Part shown: piece after piece, positions 28,102 through 37,415 of the stretch | Position numbering within the stretch: position 1 is the first letter of the stretch | Layout: each line of letters starts with the position of its first letter | NCBI GenBank assembly: GCA_963770895.1 | Contig: CAVYRF010000002.1 | Location: 3,968,001 to 4,032,000, forward strand | DNA: 64,000 bases | Reading direction: 5' to 3' | DNA from: an uncultured Acidobacteriota bacterium | GTDB lineage: Bacteria; Acidobacteriota; Thermoanaerobaculia; Multivoradales; UBA5704 | Program-made: the position numbers and the translations under genes | Notes under the pieces: model-generated | What the model was told of the DNA's origin: nothing | Seen by the model: only the letters and a program-made list of their open reading frames with translations | The model's database searches: none

Positions 28102-29052
28102 ATGAACCTGACCCCGAGCACACACGCTCGAAAACAAGCGCGCGCACATCACTTCTTGCCAGCATTTTATCTCGCGGGGTTCACCTTGTCCGGCACCCAC
28201 GACGGCAGGTTGTGGGCCCTCGATCGGGAACGAGGCAAAGCTTGGCCCACTACGCCACTAAAGGTCGGACACCGTCGTGATTTCTACCGGATCGACCTTG
28301 CTGGAATCGAGCGAGACGCTGTTGAGAGTCGTCTTGAGAGGATCGAGAGCCGGACGGCCCCAGTGCTGCGGAAAATCTGCTCGACACGCTTGCTGCCTTC
28401 AGGTGAAGACTACCGCACGCTGCTCTCGTTCGTAGCGCTGCAAGCCGTCCGCGTGCCACATTTCCGCCGCTTTCTTGAGGAGAAGATGACCTGCCTCGCC
28501 AGACATCGGGCAACGGTTGCCCTTTCCAGCGTACAACTCTTTGAGCAGGTGGTTGAAGAAATGAGACTGCGCGGCAAAGAGATACCTGCGTCGATTTCAA
28601 GGAAATCGCTTCTCGCGTTCCTAAAGGACGAGGGCCGCAGTACTGTCGAGATCTCTCGTGAGGCAACGATTAACCATATGTTCGACATGGCAGGCGCTCT
28701 CGTGCCTGTGTTGGGGCGCCGGAACTGGTCGATCTTATTCTCGCAGGAAGCGGATGTTGACTTCATCTGCTCGGATCAGCCCGTCCTTCTTTGGGCGAAA
28801 CCGCCCGCCTTGCCCTTCTTGGGATTTGGGACAGCGGACGAAATCTTGATCCCTTTGGACAGGCATACTGTTTTAGTGGGGATCTTGGGCGGCGAGAGTC
28901 GATCTTTCGAAGCAAATCGGCTCCGCGTGGGGCTCCTCAATCAGCTCATGCTTGACAAATCAAGCGGCAATATCTACTCGAGCCGCAACGAATTTGTCGT
29001 TACGACTCGCTGTCGTAAAGCGAATCTTCGGCCTGCGGGTCCGACGGATTGA
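28102..29052 (+). CDS. DUF4238 family protein
   Basis: N-terminal HHFLPAFYLAGF and FICSDQPV motifs; visibly lower GC than neighbours. Confidence 0.82.
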   Translation: MNLTPSTHARKQARAHHFLPAFYLAGFTLSGTHDGRLWALDRERGKAWPTTPLKVGHRRDFYRIDLAGIERDAVESRLERIESRTAPVLRKICSTRLLPSGEDYRTLLSFVALQAVRVPHFRRFLEEKMTCLARHRATVALSSVQLFEQVVEEMRLRGKEIPASISRKSLLAFLKDEGRSTVEISREATINHMFDMAGALVPVLGRRNWSILFSQEADVDFICSDQPVLLWAKPPALPFLGFGTADEILIPLDRHTVLVGILGGESRSFEANRLRVGLLNQLMLDKSSGNIYSSRNEFVVTTRCRKANLRPAGPTD

Positions 29053-29216
29053 ACCAGAGTGCCGCGACCGGCGGCAGCCGCGGCCGACCTGGACTGAACT
29101 TTCAGAGCAATCGCCGGATAGCGGTCGGTGGGGCGGTTCTTTGATACTGGCGGGGATGGGCGGCGTGGGGCCGCTCGCGGATGCGGCGCCGCCTGGGGCG
29201 CCGGCTGGAGGAAGTG

Positions 29217-29711
29217 ATGATCCCATTTCGCGTTGTTGCCATTCCCGAATCGATTGCGGCGGAGGTGCGTGCTACGCGGCGTTCGCCTGGCTATGGACAC
29301 CCGGCGCACCGCGAGGTGGCGCGGGGCCACGGGCCCTGTCGGCTTTGCCTGCGCGGGTTTGCGGTGGGGAGCGACGAGCGGATGCTGTTCACCTATGACT
29401 CGTTTGCCGGGGTGGAGCGGCTGCCGCTGCCGGGGCCGGTCTTTATCCATGCGGCGGGCTGTGCGCGCCATCCAGAGGAGGCGGGCCTGCCGGCGGATCT
29501 GCGCGAACATGCGCTGACGTTTTCGGGCTATGGGCGCGGGCGGCTGCTGCGGGCTGTCGAGCAGGCGGTCGGCGATCAGATCGAACCGGCGATCGAGCGG
29601 CTGCTGGCGCGCGCCGACGTGGACTACATCCAGGCGCACAACACCGAGGCCGGCTGCTACGACTTCCGCATCGAGCGCGCCGGCGTGGAGAGTGAGAAAA
29701 TGGCCGGGTGA
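29217..29711 (+). CDS. DUF1203 family protein
   Basis: GPCRLCLR, PGPVFIHA..C, YIQAHN..AGCY.F.IER. Confidence 0.88.
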   Translation: MIPFRVVAIPESIAAEVRATRRSPGYGHPAHREVARGHGPCRLCLRGFAVGSDERMLFTYDSFAGVERLPLPGPVFIHAAGCARHPEEAGLPADLREHALTFSGYGRGRLLRAVEQAVGDQIEPAIERLLARADVDYIQAHNTEAGCYDFRIERAGVESEKMAG

Positions 29712-32700
29712 GCGAATCTCCGGCGGACGCGGCGCGCGGCCTTGTGCTGCGGATCGCCAGCGAGGTGGCGCACGAGGTCCACGGCCCGCAGTGGGGGGCG
29801 AGCGCTTCGCGGCTCGCGATGGGATCGTCGCTGGAGCGCGACCTGGGGCTGGACAGCCTGGGCCGGGGCGAGCTGCTGGCGCGCCTGGAGCGGCACTTCG
29901 CTGTGTCCCTGCCAGAAAGCGTCCTGATCGACGCCGAGACGCCCGAAGACCTGTGGCAGGCGCTGGCCGAGGCCGGGGCGGCGGCGGCATCGCCGCCCTT
30001 GGCTCCGCCGCTTGCTGCTACGCAGCTCGCTACAGCGTTGCCTGCTGCCGCGCCGGATCAGGCACTGCGGCCAGGACCAGCGCCAGCGGCGCCGGCCGCG
30101 GACCTGGCTGGTGGCGCGGCGGCGGTTGGCGGGGACGGTGGGGCGGAGCCGGCGCCCGATACAGTGCGCACGCTGGTCGAGGTCCTGGCGTGGCATGCGG
30201 AGCGGCATCCGCGGCGGCGGCATCTGCTGTTCTATGCCGGCGACGGGGCGCCGCTGGAGCTGAGCTACGGCGAGTTGCAGCGGCGGGCGGGACGGGCGGC
30301 GGCCGGCCTGCGGGCAGCCGGGGTGGCGCGCGGCCAGGCGGTGGCATTGATGCTGCCCAGCGGCCACGACTACTTTGTCGCCTTCTGCGGCGTCTTGCTG
30401 GCGGGCGCCGTGCCGGTGCCGCTCTATCCGCCGGCGCGCCGCAGCCAGATCGAAGACCATCTGCGCCGCCAGGCGGGCATCCTGGGCACGGCCCAGGCGG
30501 TGGCGCTGATCACGTTCGGCGAGGCGATGACCGCCGCGCGGCTGCTGCGGGCGCAGGTTCCGGGGCTCGCGCGGGTGACGACGGTGGCCGACCTGGAGGA
30601 GGCGGCGGGTGCAGTCGATGCCGCCTCCGAAGGTGGTGGGCCTGGCGGGGATCACGTGTCGGCAGGGGAGGGCGTGCCGGCGACGAGTGGCGCCAGCGAG
30701 CTGGCCGCGGATCGCGGCGTGGCGGGGGCCGGCGCGGGCGAGGAGATCGCGCTTTTGCAGTTCACCTCGGGCAGCACGGGGCAGCCCAAGGGGGTGGTGC
30801 TGACGCATGCCAACCTGCTGGCCAACTTGCGGGCGATCGGGCGGGCGATCGAGATCGGGCCGCGGGATGTGGTGGTGAGCTGGCTACCGCTGTACCACGA
30901 CATGGGCCTGATCGGCGCCTGGATGGCCAGCCTGTACTTCGGCATGCCGCTGGTGCTGATGTCGCCGCTGACGTTTCTGGCGCGGCCGGCGCGGTGGCTG
31001 CAAGCGCTGTCGCGCCATCGCGGGACGCTGTCGGCGGCGCCCAACTTCGCCTACGAGCTGTGCGCGCACAAGGTCACGGACGAAGAGATGGCGGGGGTCG
31101 ACCTGTCGAGCTGGCGGTTTGCCTTGAACGGCGCCGAGCCGGTCAGCCCCGAGGTGCTGGGGCGGTTCACCGCGCGCTTCCGCCGCTTCGGCTTTGAGCC
31201 GCGGGCGATGGCGCCGGTCTACGGCCTGGCGGAATGCTCGCTGGCGCTGGCGTTTCCGCCGCAGGGGCGCGGGCCGGTCGTCGACGTGGTGGACCGCCGC
31301 CGGTTCGAGCGCTCCGGCCGCGCCGTGCCGGCGGCGCCGGTGCCGGCGGACGCTGCTGGCGAGGGGGATGCGGCAGTCGGATCGCCGGCGGTGCTGCGCT
31401 TTGTCGGCTGCGGCGTGCCGCTGCCGGGGCACCAGGTGCGGATCGTGGACACCGCCGGCAACGAGGTGGGCGAGCGCGTCGAAGGGCGCCTGCAGTTCCG
31501 TGGGCCTTCGGCGACCAGCGGCTATTTCCGCGATCCGGCGGCGACGCGGCGCCTGCGCCACGGCGATTGGCTGGATTCGGGCGACCGCGCCTACACGGTG
31601 GGGCGCGAGGTGTTCCTCACCGGCCGCGACAAGGACATCATCATCCGCGGCGGCCGCAACCTGTATCCGCACGAGCTGGAGGAAGCGGTGGGCGCGGTTG
31701 CCGGCATCCGCAAGGGGTGCGTGGCGGTGTTCGGCGTCGCCGATCGCCGCAGTGGCACGGAGCGGCTGGTGGTGCTGGCCGAGACCCGCGAACGGCAGGA
31801 GCCGGCGCGCGCCCGGCTGCGCGCCGCGGTCGAGGAGCGGGCGCTGGCGCTGCTCGGCGAGCCGGTGGACGAGGTGGTGCTGGCGCCGCCGCACAGCGTG
31901 CCCAAGACCTCCAGCGGCAAGGTGCGCCGGGCCGCCGGCCGCGAGCTGTACCTGTCGGGGCGGATCGGCCGCGGCAGCGCGGCGCTCGGCGTACAGATGG
32001 CGCGTCTGGCGGCGTCGGGCGTCGCGGTGCAGATCGGCCGCGCGGCGCGCGCCGCCTGGGCGCCGTTGTATAGCGCCTACGTGTGGCTGGTCTACCTGGG
32101 GGTGGTCCTGCCGCTGTGGGTGGCGGTGGCGACGGTGCCCGGCGTGCGCCGCCGCCGCTCGCTGGTGCGCGGCGCGGCGCGCCTGATGCTGCGCGCCGCC
32201 GGTCTTCCCTTCGCGGTGAGCGGCCTGGATCACCTGGCCGCCGTCCGCGCCGCCCGCACCGTCCGCGCCGCCGCGCCGTCGCCAGCCGGCCGGCCGGTGG
32301 GGTGCCTGCTGGCGGTGAACCATGCCAGCTACCTGGACGCCGCGACGCTGCCGGCGCTGCTGCCGCCCGACTTTGCCTGGGTGGCCAAGCGCGAGCTGGA
32401 GGACCGCTGGGTGACGCGGGTGATGATGCGCCGCCTGGACGCCCTGCTGGTCGAGCGCTTCGAGCGCGCGCAGAGCGCGGCGGAGACACCGCGCGCGGCG
32501 GCGGCCCTGGCCGGCGGCGAGTCGCTGATCATCTTTCCCGAGGGCACCTTCACCCGCGAACCGGGCTTGCGCCCGTTCCGGCTGGGCGCCTTCGTGGCGG
32601 CGGCCCAGACCGGGGCGCCGATCGTGCCGGCGATCCTGCGCGGCACCCGCTCGGCGTTGCGCGACGGCGGGGTGATCTTTCGCCGCGGCCCGCTGGCGCT

Positions 32701-32827
32701 CGACATCCTGGCGCCGATCTGGCCGGACGGCGACGACTGGGCGGCGGCCCTGCGGCTGCGCGACCGGGTGCGCGCCGCCATGCTGGCCGCGGGCTCGGAG
32801 CCCGACCTGGCCCCGGCGCCGCGATGA
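29708..32827 (+). CDS. ACP - fatty acyl-AMP ligase - PlsC acyltransferase fusion
   Basis: LGLDSL carrier motif, LQFTSGSTGQPKG, SWLPLYHDMGLIG, YGLAE, PKTSSGK; then a TM segment, NHASYLD and FPEGTF. Confidence 0.92.
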   Translation: MSESPADAARGLVLRIASEVAHEVHGPQWGASASRLAMGSSLERDLGLDSLGRGELLARLERHFAVSLPESVLIDAETPEDLWQALAEAGAAAASPPLAPPLAATQLATALPAAAPDQALRPGPAPAAPAADLAGGAAAVGGDGGAEPAPDTVRTLVEVLAWHAERHPRRRHLLFYAGDGAPLELSYGELQRRAGRAAAGLRAAGVARGQAVALMLPSGHDYFVAFCGVLLAGAVPVPLYPPARRSQIEDHLRRQAGILGTAQAVALITFGEAMTAARLLRAQVPGLARVTTVADLEEAAGAVDAASEGGGPGGDHVSAGEGVPATSGASELAADRGVAGAGAGEEIALLQFTSGSTGQPKGVVLTHANLLANLRAIGRAIEIGPRDVVVSWLPLYHDMGLIGAWMASLYFGMPLVLMSPLTFLARPARWLQALSRHRGTLSAAPNFAYELCAHKVTDEEMAGVDLSSWRFALNGAEPVSPEVLGRFTARFRRFGFEPRAMAPVYGLAECSLALAFPPQGRGPVVDVVDRRRFERSGRAVPAAPVPADAAGEGDAAVGSPAVLRFVGCGVPLPGHQVRIVDTAGNEVGERVEGRLQFRGPSATSGYFRDPAATRRLRHGDWLDSGDRAYTVGREVFLTGRDKDIIIRGGRNLYPHELEEAVGAVAGIRKGCVAVFGVADRRSGTERLVVLAETRERQEPARARLRAAVEERALALLGEPVDEVVLAPPHSVPKTSSGKVRRAAGRELYLSGRIGRGSAALGVQMARLAASGVAVQIGRAARAAWAPLYSAYVWLVYLGVVLPLWVAVATVPGVRRRRSLVRGAARLMLRAAGLPFAVSGLDHLAAVRAARTVRAAAPSPAGRPVGCLLAVNHASYLDAATLPALLPPDFAWVAKRELEDRWVTRVMMRRLDALLVERFERAQSAAETPRAAAALAGGESLIIFPEGTFTREPGLRPFRLGAFVAAAQTGAPIVPAILRGTRSALRDGGVIFRRGPLALDILAPIWPDGDDWAAALRLRDRVRAAMLAAGSEPDLAPAPR

Positions 32828-33882
32828 GCGCCGCCGGCCGGCCCCCGCGCGGCCGCTATGCGCCGTCGCCGACCGGGCCGATCCACGTCGGCAACGCCCG
32901 TTCGGCGCTGGCGGCGTGGCTGTCCGTGCGGCGGCAGGGCGGCACTTTCGTGTGGCGCGAAGAAGACCTGGACCCGCCGCGCGTGGTGCCGGGCATGGCC
33001 GCGGCGCAGCGCGCCGACCTGGCGTGGCTGGGGCTGGATTGGGACGAAGGGCCCGACGCCGGCGGGCCGCACGCTCCCTACCGTCAGTCGCAGTGCGCGG
33101 CGCTCTACGAGGCGGCGCTGGCGCAGCTGGCGCGGGGCGGCCGCCTGTTTCCCTGCCGCCGGTCGCGGCGCGATCTGGCGGCGATCGGCTCGGCGCCGCA
33201 CGGTGCGGAGGCCGCGGCGCCGTATCCCGCCGCCTGGCGGCCGCGCGACCTGGACCCCGACTGGTACGAGCCTTTCCGGGCCGCGCCCCCGCTCCCGTCG
33301 TCGTTGCCGCCGCCGGCCGCCGGCGGGCAGGGCCGGCCGGCATCGCCGTCGCCGCCGGATGCGGCGCTGCGCTTTCAGGTCGCGGCAGGCGAGGTGGCCT
33401 TTGACGACCGCGTGCAGGGCGAGTGCCGGGAGCGCGTCGACCTGGCGGTCGGCGACTTCGTGCTCAAGCGGCGTGATGGCCTGTATGCCTACCAGCTGGC
33501 GGTGGTGGTGGACGACCTGCGCATGGGGATCACCGAGGTGACGCGCGGCGCCGACCTGCTGGCGTCGACGGCGCGCCAGCTGCAGCTGATCGCGGCGCTG
33601 GACGGTGCGCCGCCGCGGTACGCGCACGTGCCGCTGATGGTCGGCCCACGGGGCGAGAAGCTGTCCAAGCGCGATGCCGCGCTGACCCTGGCCGACCTGC
33701 GCGCCGGCGGCGTGGCGCCGGAGCAGCTGACCGGGTACCTGGCCTTCACCCTGGGGCTGCTGCCGGCGCCGCGGGCCTGCCGGCCGGTCGACCTGGTCGC
33801 CGGCTTCGACTGGCGGCGGGTGGGGCGCGGCGACTTTGCCGTCGCGGCCGATTTCGCGCGGCGGCTGCTGGCAGTGGACTGA
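32824..33882 (+). CDS. gluQ: Glutamyl-Q tRNA(Asp) synthetase
   Basis: GRYAPSPTGPIHVGN, YAYQLAVVVDD, RGADLL, KLSKR; no anticodon-binding domain; ATGA overlap with the upstream gene. Confidence 0.9.
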   Translation: MSAAGRPPRGRYAPSPTGPIHVGNARSALAAWLSVRRQGGTFVWREEDLDPPRVVPGMAAAQRADLAWLGLDWDEGPDAGGPHAPYRQSQCAALYEAALAQLARGGRLFPCRRSRRDLAAIGSAPHGAEAAAPYPAAWRPRDLDPDWYEPFRAAPPLPSSLPPPAAGGQGRPASPSPPDAALRFQVAAGEVAFDDRVQGECRERVDLAVGDFVLKRRDGLYAYQLAVVVDDLRMGITEVTRGADLLASTARQLQLIAALDGAPPRYAHVPLMVGPRGEKLSKRDAALTLADLRAGGVAPEQLTGYLAFTLGLLPAPRACRPVDLVAGFDWRRVGRGDFAVAADFARRLLAVD

Positions 33883-33915
33883 GCGCTTCGCCGCCACCTA
33901 TAATCCGCTGCCAGC

Positions 33916-36165
33916 GTGCCATCCCTCCTGACGTCGTTTCGCCACCCAGGCCGCCGAGGAGAGCAGACGCCCAACCCGCCTGCCGCGGGAGTGGAAGCCA
34001 GCCGAGACCGCCTGCTGGCGGCGGTCGGCGATCCACCCGACCTCACCTTCGTGCGCGGTGTCGGCAACCGGGGCGACGATCTGATCTGCGCCGGCACCCG
34101 GCAGGTGCTGGCCGGGCGGGCCTACCGCGAAATCGCCCTGGCGGAGCTGCCCGGCGCCAGCGGCCACACCGTCATCCTGGCCGGCAGCGGCGGCTGGTGC
34201 CGCCCCTACCACGAGCTGATGCCGCAGATGCTGCCGCTCGCCGAACAGCGCTTCGAGCGGGTGATCGTGTTCCCGTCGTCGTTCGACGTGGCCGTGGACG
34301 CCGTGCGCCTGGCCGTGGCGCGCACCCGCGCCACCCTCTTTGCCCGCGAAATGGTGTCGTACGCCGCGCTGCGCGGCGTGTGCGGCGGCAGCGTCGACGT
34401 CGCCGACGACTGCGCCTTTTTCTGCGATCTTGCGGCCTACGCCAGCGCCGGTGCGGGGCGCGGCGTGCTGCGCGCGTTTCGCGACGACGCCGAAGCGCTG
34501 GCGCCGCCGCCCGCCGGCAGCGTCGACATCTCGCTGCGCTGCGCGTCGCTGGACGAATGGCTGTGGACCATCGCCGCGCACGCGGTGGTGCAGACCGACC
34601 GCGCCCACGTGATGATCGCCGCGGCGCGGCTGGGCAAGCGGGTCGAGGTTCGCCCGTCGACCTATCACAAGCTGCCGGCGATCGCCGCCTACTCCCTGGG
34701 AGCCTACGACGTGCGCCCGCTGGCCGAGCTGCCGGCCGCCGCGCCGGTGCCGGCGCCGGCCCTGTCGCCGGGCGATGCCGCGGCTCCCGACGCCGGCGTG
34801 GCGACGGCGGGCACTGTCGCCACGGGCGATGCCGCGGCGGCCGTGCTGGACGCTGTGGACGCTGTGGACGCGGCGGCCGCGGGGGTGGCGCACGTTCGCT
34901 CCCGCCTGCAGGCGCGCGCCCTGGAGTCGCTGGCGCTGCTGGCGCCGCCTGCCGTGCCTGCAATGACGGATGCCGCCGCGCCGCCGCGGCTGACGATCCT
35001 GGTGCTGACCCGCGATCGCGCCGGCCACTGGCCGGTGCTGCTGCGCTCGATCCGCGACTCCGCCCGGCAGCCGTACCGCCTGCTGATCGTCGACAACGCC
35101 TCGCTGCCGGCGGCGCGGTCGGCCTTGCAAGGCCTTTGCGACCAGATGTTCCCGCCGGACCCGCGCGGCGGCGGCCCGGCGGTCGAGATCCGCTGGCTCG
35201 AACGCAACGTCGGTTGCGCCGTGGCGCGCCACCAGGCGATCCAGCAGGTCGCGACCGACTACGTGATGTTTCTGGACGACGACGCCGAGCTGTGCGCCGG
35301 CGCCGCCGACCACCTGGTCGCAGCGCTCGACGCAAATCCCGCGGCGGTCGCGGCGGGTGCCCACCTGGTGCTGCCGGACGGCAGCACGCAGATGTGCGGC
35401 GGCGACTACACCGAGCCGACCGGCGGGGTGCTCCATTTCGAGCCGCTCGGCTACGGCGTGGATTTTGCCGACCCGGCGTTCAGCCCGGCCGGCGCCGCCC
35501 GCGCCTGCCGCTGGCTGGCCGGGGCGGCGGTGGTGTTTCGCCGCTCGGCCCTGGAGCGCGACCCGATCGACCAGGCGATGGACGCCTACTACGAGGACAC
35601 CGAGTGGTGCTACCGGGTCGGGCGCACCCGGCCCGAGGCCGTGTTCCTGAGCGTGCCGGCGGCGCTGGTGCTGCACCACCAGGAGCCCAAGGGGCCGCAG
35701 GGATTGGGCGCCGACGAGCTGCGGCGGTGGTTGCCGTACCTGGTGGCGATCGGCCATTTCTACCGGGTGCACGGCGTGCTGCTCGACGGGATCTTCGTGT
35801 TCGCGCCGCCGCTCGCCGCCGGCGGCCGGCGCGACGTCGCCGCCGCCCGCCTGCTGCTCGAGCTGCTCGCCGCCCGCGGCCCCGACTGGGTGGCGCAGGA
35901 ATGGCTGAGCGGCGGCCTGGCGCCCCTCTTCCAGGCCGGGCCGCTGGCGCTCCTGCCCCTGGCCGAGCTGGCGGCGCTGCGCCGCGAGCTGGCGGCGGAG
36001 CGCGCCGCCGCGGCGGCGGAGCGCGACCGGTTGGTCGCCGGTCTGGACGACGCGCACCGGCAGCTGGTGACCATCCATAGCTCGCGATTGTGGAAGCTGG
36101 CCGATCTCTACTGGCACGTGCGCCGCGCCGCGGCGCGTCTTGCCGGCCGCGGGCGCGACACGTGA
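33916..36165 (+). CDS. Polysaccharide pyruvyltransferase-like + GT2 glycosyltransferase fusion with C-terminal coiled coil
   Basis: GNRGDDLI, FARE..SY, DCAF, TDRAH..IAA..LGK; GT2 motifs IVDNAS, FLDDD, YEDTEWC; coiled coil ending SSRLWKL. Confidence 0.8.
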   Translation: MPSLLTSFRHPGRRGEQTPNPPAAGVEASRDRLLAAVGDPPDLTFVRGVGNRGDDLICAGTRQVLAGRAYREIALAELPGASGHTVILAGSGGWCRPYHELMPQMLPLAEQRFERVIVFPSSFDVAVDAVRLAVARTRATLFAREMVSYAALRGVCGGSVDVADDCAFFCDLAAYASAGAGRGVLRAFRDDAEALAPPPAGSVDISLRCASLDEWLWTIAAHAVVQTDRAHVMIAAARLGKRVEVRPSTYHKLPAIAAYSLGAYDVRPLAELPAAAPVPAPALSPGDAAAPDAGVATAGTVATGDAAAAVLDAVDAVDAAAAGVAHVRSRLQARALESLALLAPPAVPAMTDAAAPPRLTILVLTRDRAGHWPVLLRSIRDSARQPYRLLIVDNASLPAARSALQGLCDQMFPPDPRGGGPAVEIRWLERNVGCAVARHQAIQQVATDYVMFLDDDAELCAGAADHLVAALDANPAAVAAGAHLVLPDGSTQMCGGDYTEPTGGVLHFEPLGYGVDFADPAFSPAGAARACRWLAGAAVVFRRSALERDPIDQAMDAYYEDTEWCYRVGRTRPEAVFLSVPAALVLHHQEPKGPQGLGADELRRWLPYLVAIGHFYRVHGVLLDGIFVFAPPLAAGGRRDVAAARLLLELLAARGPDWVAQEWLSGGLAPLFQAGPLALLPLAELAALRRELAAERAAAAAERDRLVAGLDDAHRQLVTIHSSRLWKLADLYWHVRRAAARLAGRGRDT

Positions 36166-36181
36166 GCGGAGCCGCGGCGAG

Positions 36182-37405
36182 ATGATCCAGGCGATCGACC
36201 TCACCGAGGAGGAGCTGGCGCCGTGGCGCCACCTCATCCCCGGACCCGACCCCGAGCTGCTGCCGCCGCCGCCCGGCCAGGGCAGCCCCGGCCGCATTCT
36301 GCCGGTTGCCGAAACGCGGCTCGACGGCAACGAGCTTCGCTACGTCACCGAATGCATCCAGTCCGGCTGGATCTCCTCGGCCGGCCGCTTTGTCGGCGAC
36401 TTCGAGCAGCGCTTTGCCGAGGCCATGGGCTGCCGCTACGGCGTCGCCTGTTCCAACGGCACCACGGCGCTGCACCTGGCGCTGGCGACGCTGGGGGTGG
36501 GCGCCGGCGACCAGGTGATCGTGCCCGCCTTCACCATGATCGCCACCGCCAACGCGGTCAGCTACACCGGCGCGGCGCCGGTGCTGGTGGACGCCGAGCC
36601 CACGACCGGCAACCTGGACGTGGCGCAGGTCGAGGCGTTGATCACGCCGCGCACGCGCGCCATCGTGGTGGTGCACACCTACGGCCATCCGGTCGACATG
36701 GACCCGCTGCTGGCGGTGGCGCGCCGGCACGGCCTGCCGGTGATCGAGGACGCGGCCGAGGCGCACGGTGCCGTCTACCGCGGCCGCCCGGTCGGCGCTC
36801 TCGGCACCGCCGCCACCTTTTCGTTCTACGGCAACAAGATCATCACCACCGGCGAAGGCGGCATGGTCACCACCAACGACGCCGAGCTGGCGCGCGTGGC
36901 GCGGTGCCTGCGCGATCACGCGTTTTCCGCCGAGCGGCACTTCTGGCACCAGTACCTGGGCTTCAACTACCGCATGACCAGCCTGCAGGCGGCGGTCGGC
37001 CTGGCGCAGACCGAACGCTTGCCACAGCTGGTCGCGGCGCGGCGGCGCAACGCCGAGCGCTATCGCGAGCTGCTGGGTCCGGTGCGCGGGCTCTGCCTGC
37101 CGGACGAGCGTGCCGACGTCACCAATGTTTTCTGGATGTATGGCGTGCGGGTCGGGGACGCCTTCGGCTGCTCGCGCGACGAGCTGCGCCGCCGGCTGGC
37201 CTGCAAGGGGATCGAGACGCGCACCTTCTTTGTCCCGATCCACCTGCAGCCGATCTATTTCCGCCGTTTCCAGGGCCAGGGCTCGTACCCGGTGGCCGAG
37301 GAGCTGTGCCGCACCGGCCTCTATCTGCCGTCGGGCCCGACCCTGACGGACGGCGAGATCCGCTACGTCGCCGAACAGGTCGCCGCTGCCGCCGGCGGCG
37401 ATTGA
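36182..37405 (+). CDS. DegT/DnrJ/EryC1/StrS sugar aminotransferase (perosamine synthase-like)
   Basis: SGWISS.G, SNGTTALHLA, IEDAAEAHG, SFYGNKIITTGEGG, GFNYRMT, GLYLPSG. Confidence 0.93.
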   Translation: MIQAIDLTEEELAPWRHLIPGPDPELLPPPPGQGSPGRILPVAETRLDGNELRYVTECIQSGWISSAGRFVGDFEQRFAEAMGCRYGVACSNGTTALHLALATLGVGAGDQVIVPAFTMIATANAVSYTGAAPVLVDAEPTTGNLDVAQVEALITPRTRAIVVVHTYGHPVDMDPLLAVARRHGLPVIEDAAEAHGAVYRGRPVGALGTAATFSFYGNKIITTGEGGMVTTNDAELARVARCLRDHAFSAERHFWHQYLGFNYRMTSLQAAVGLAQTERLPQLVAARRRNAERYRELLGPVRGLCLPDERADVTNVFWMYGVRVGDAFGCSRDELRRRLACKGIETRTFFVPIHLQPIYFRRFQGQGSYPVAEELCRTGLYLPSGPTLTDGEIRYVAEQVAAAAGGD

Positions 37406-37415
37406 GGCAGGCGCG

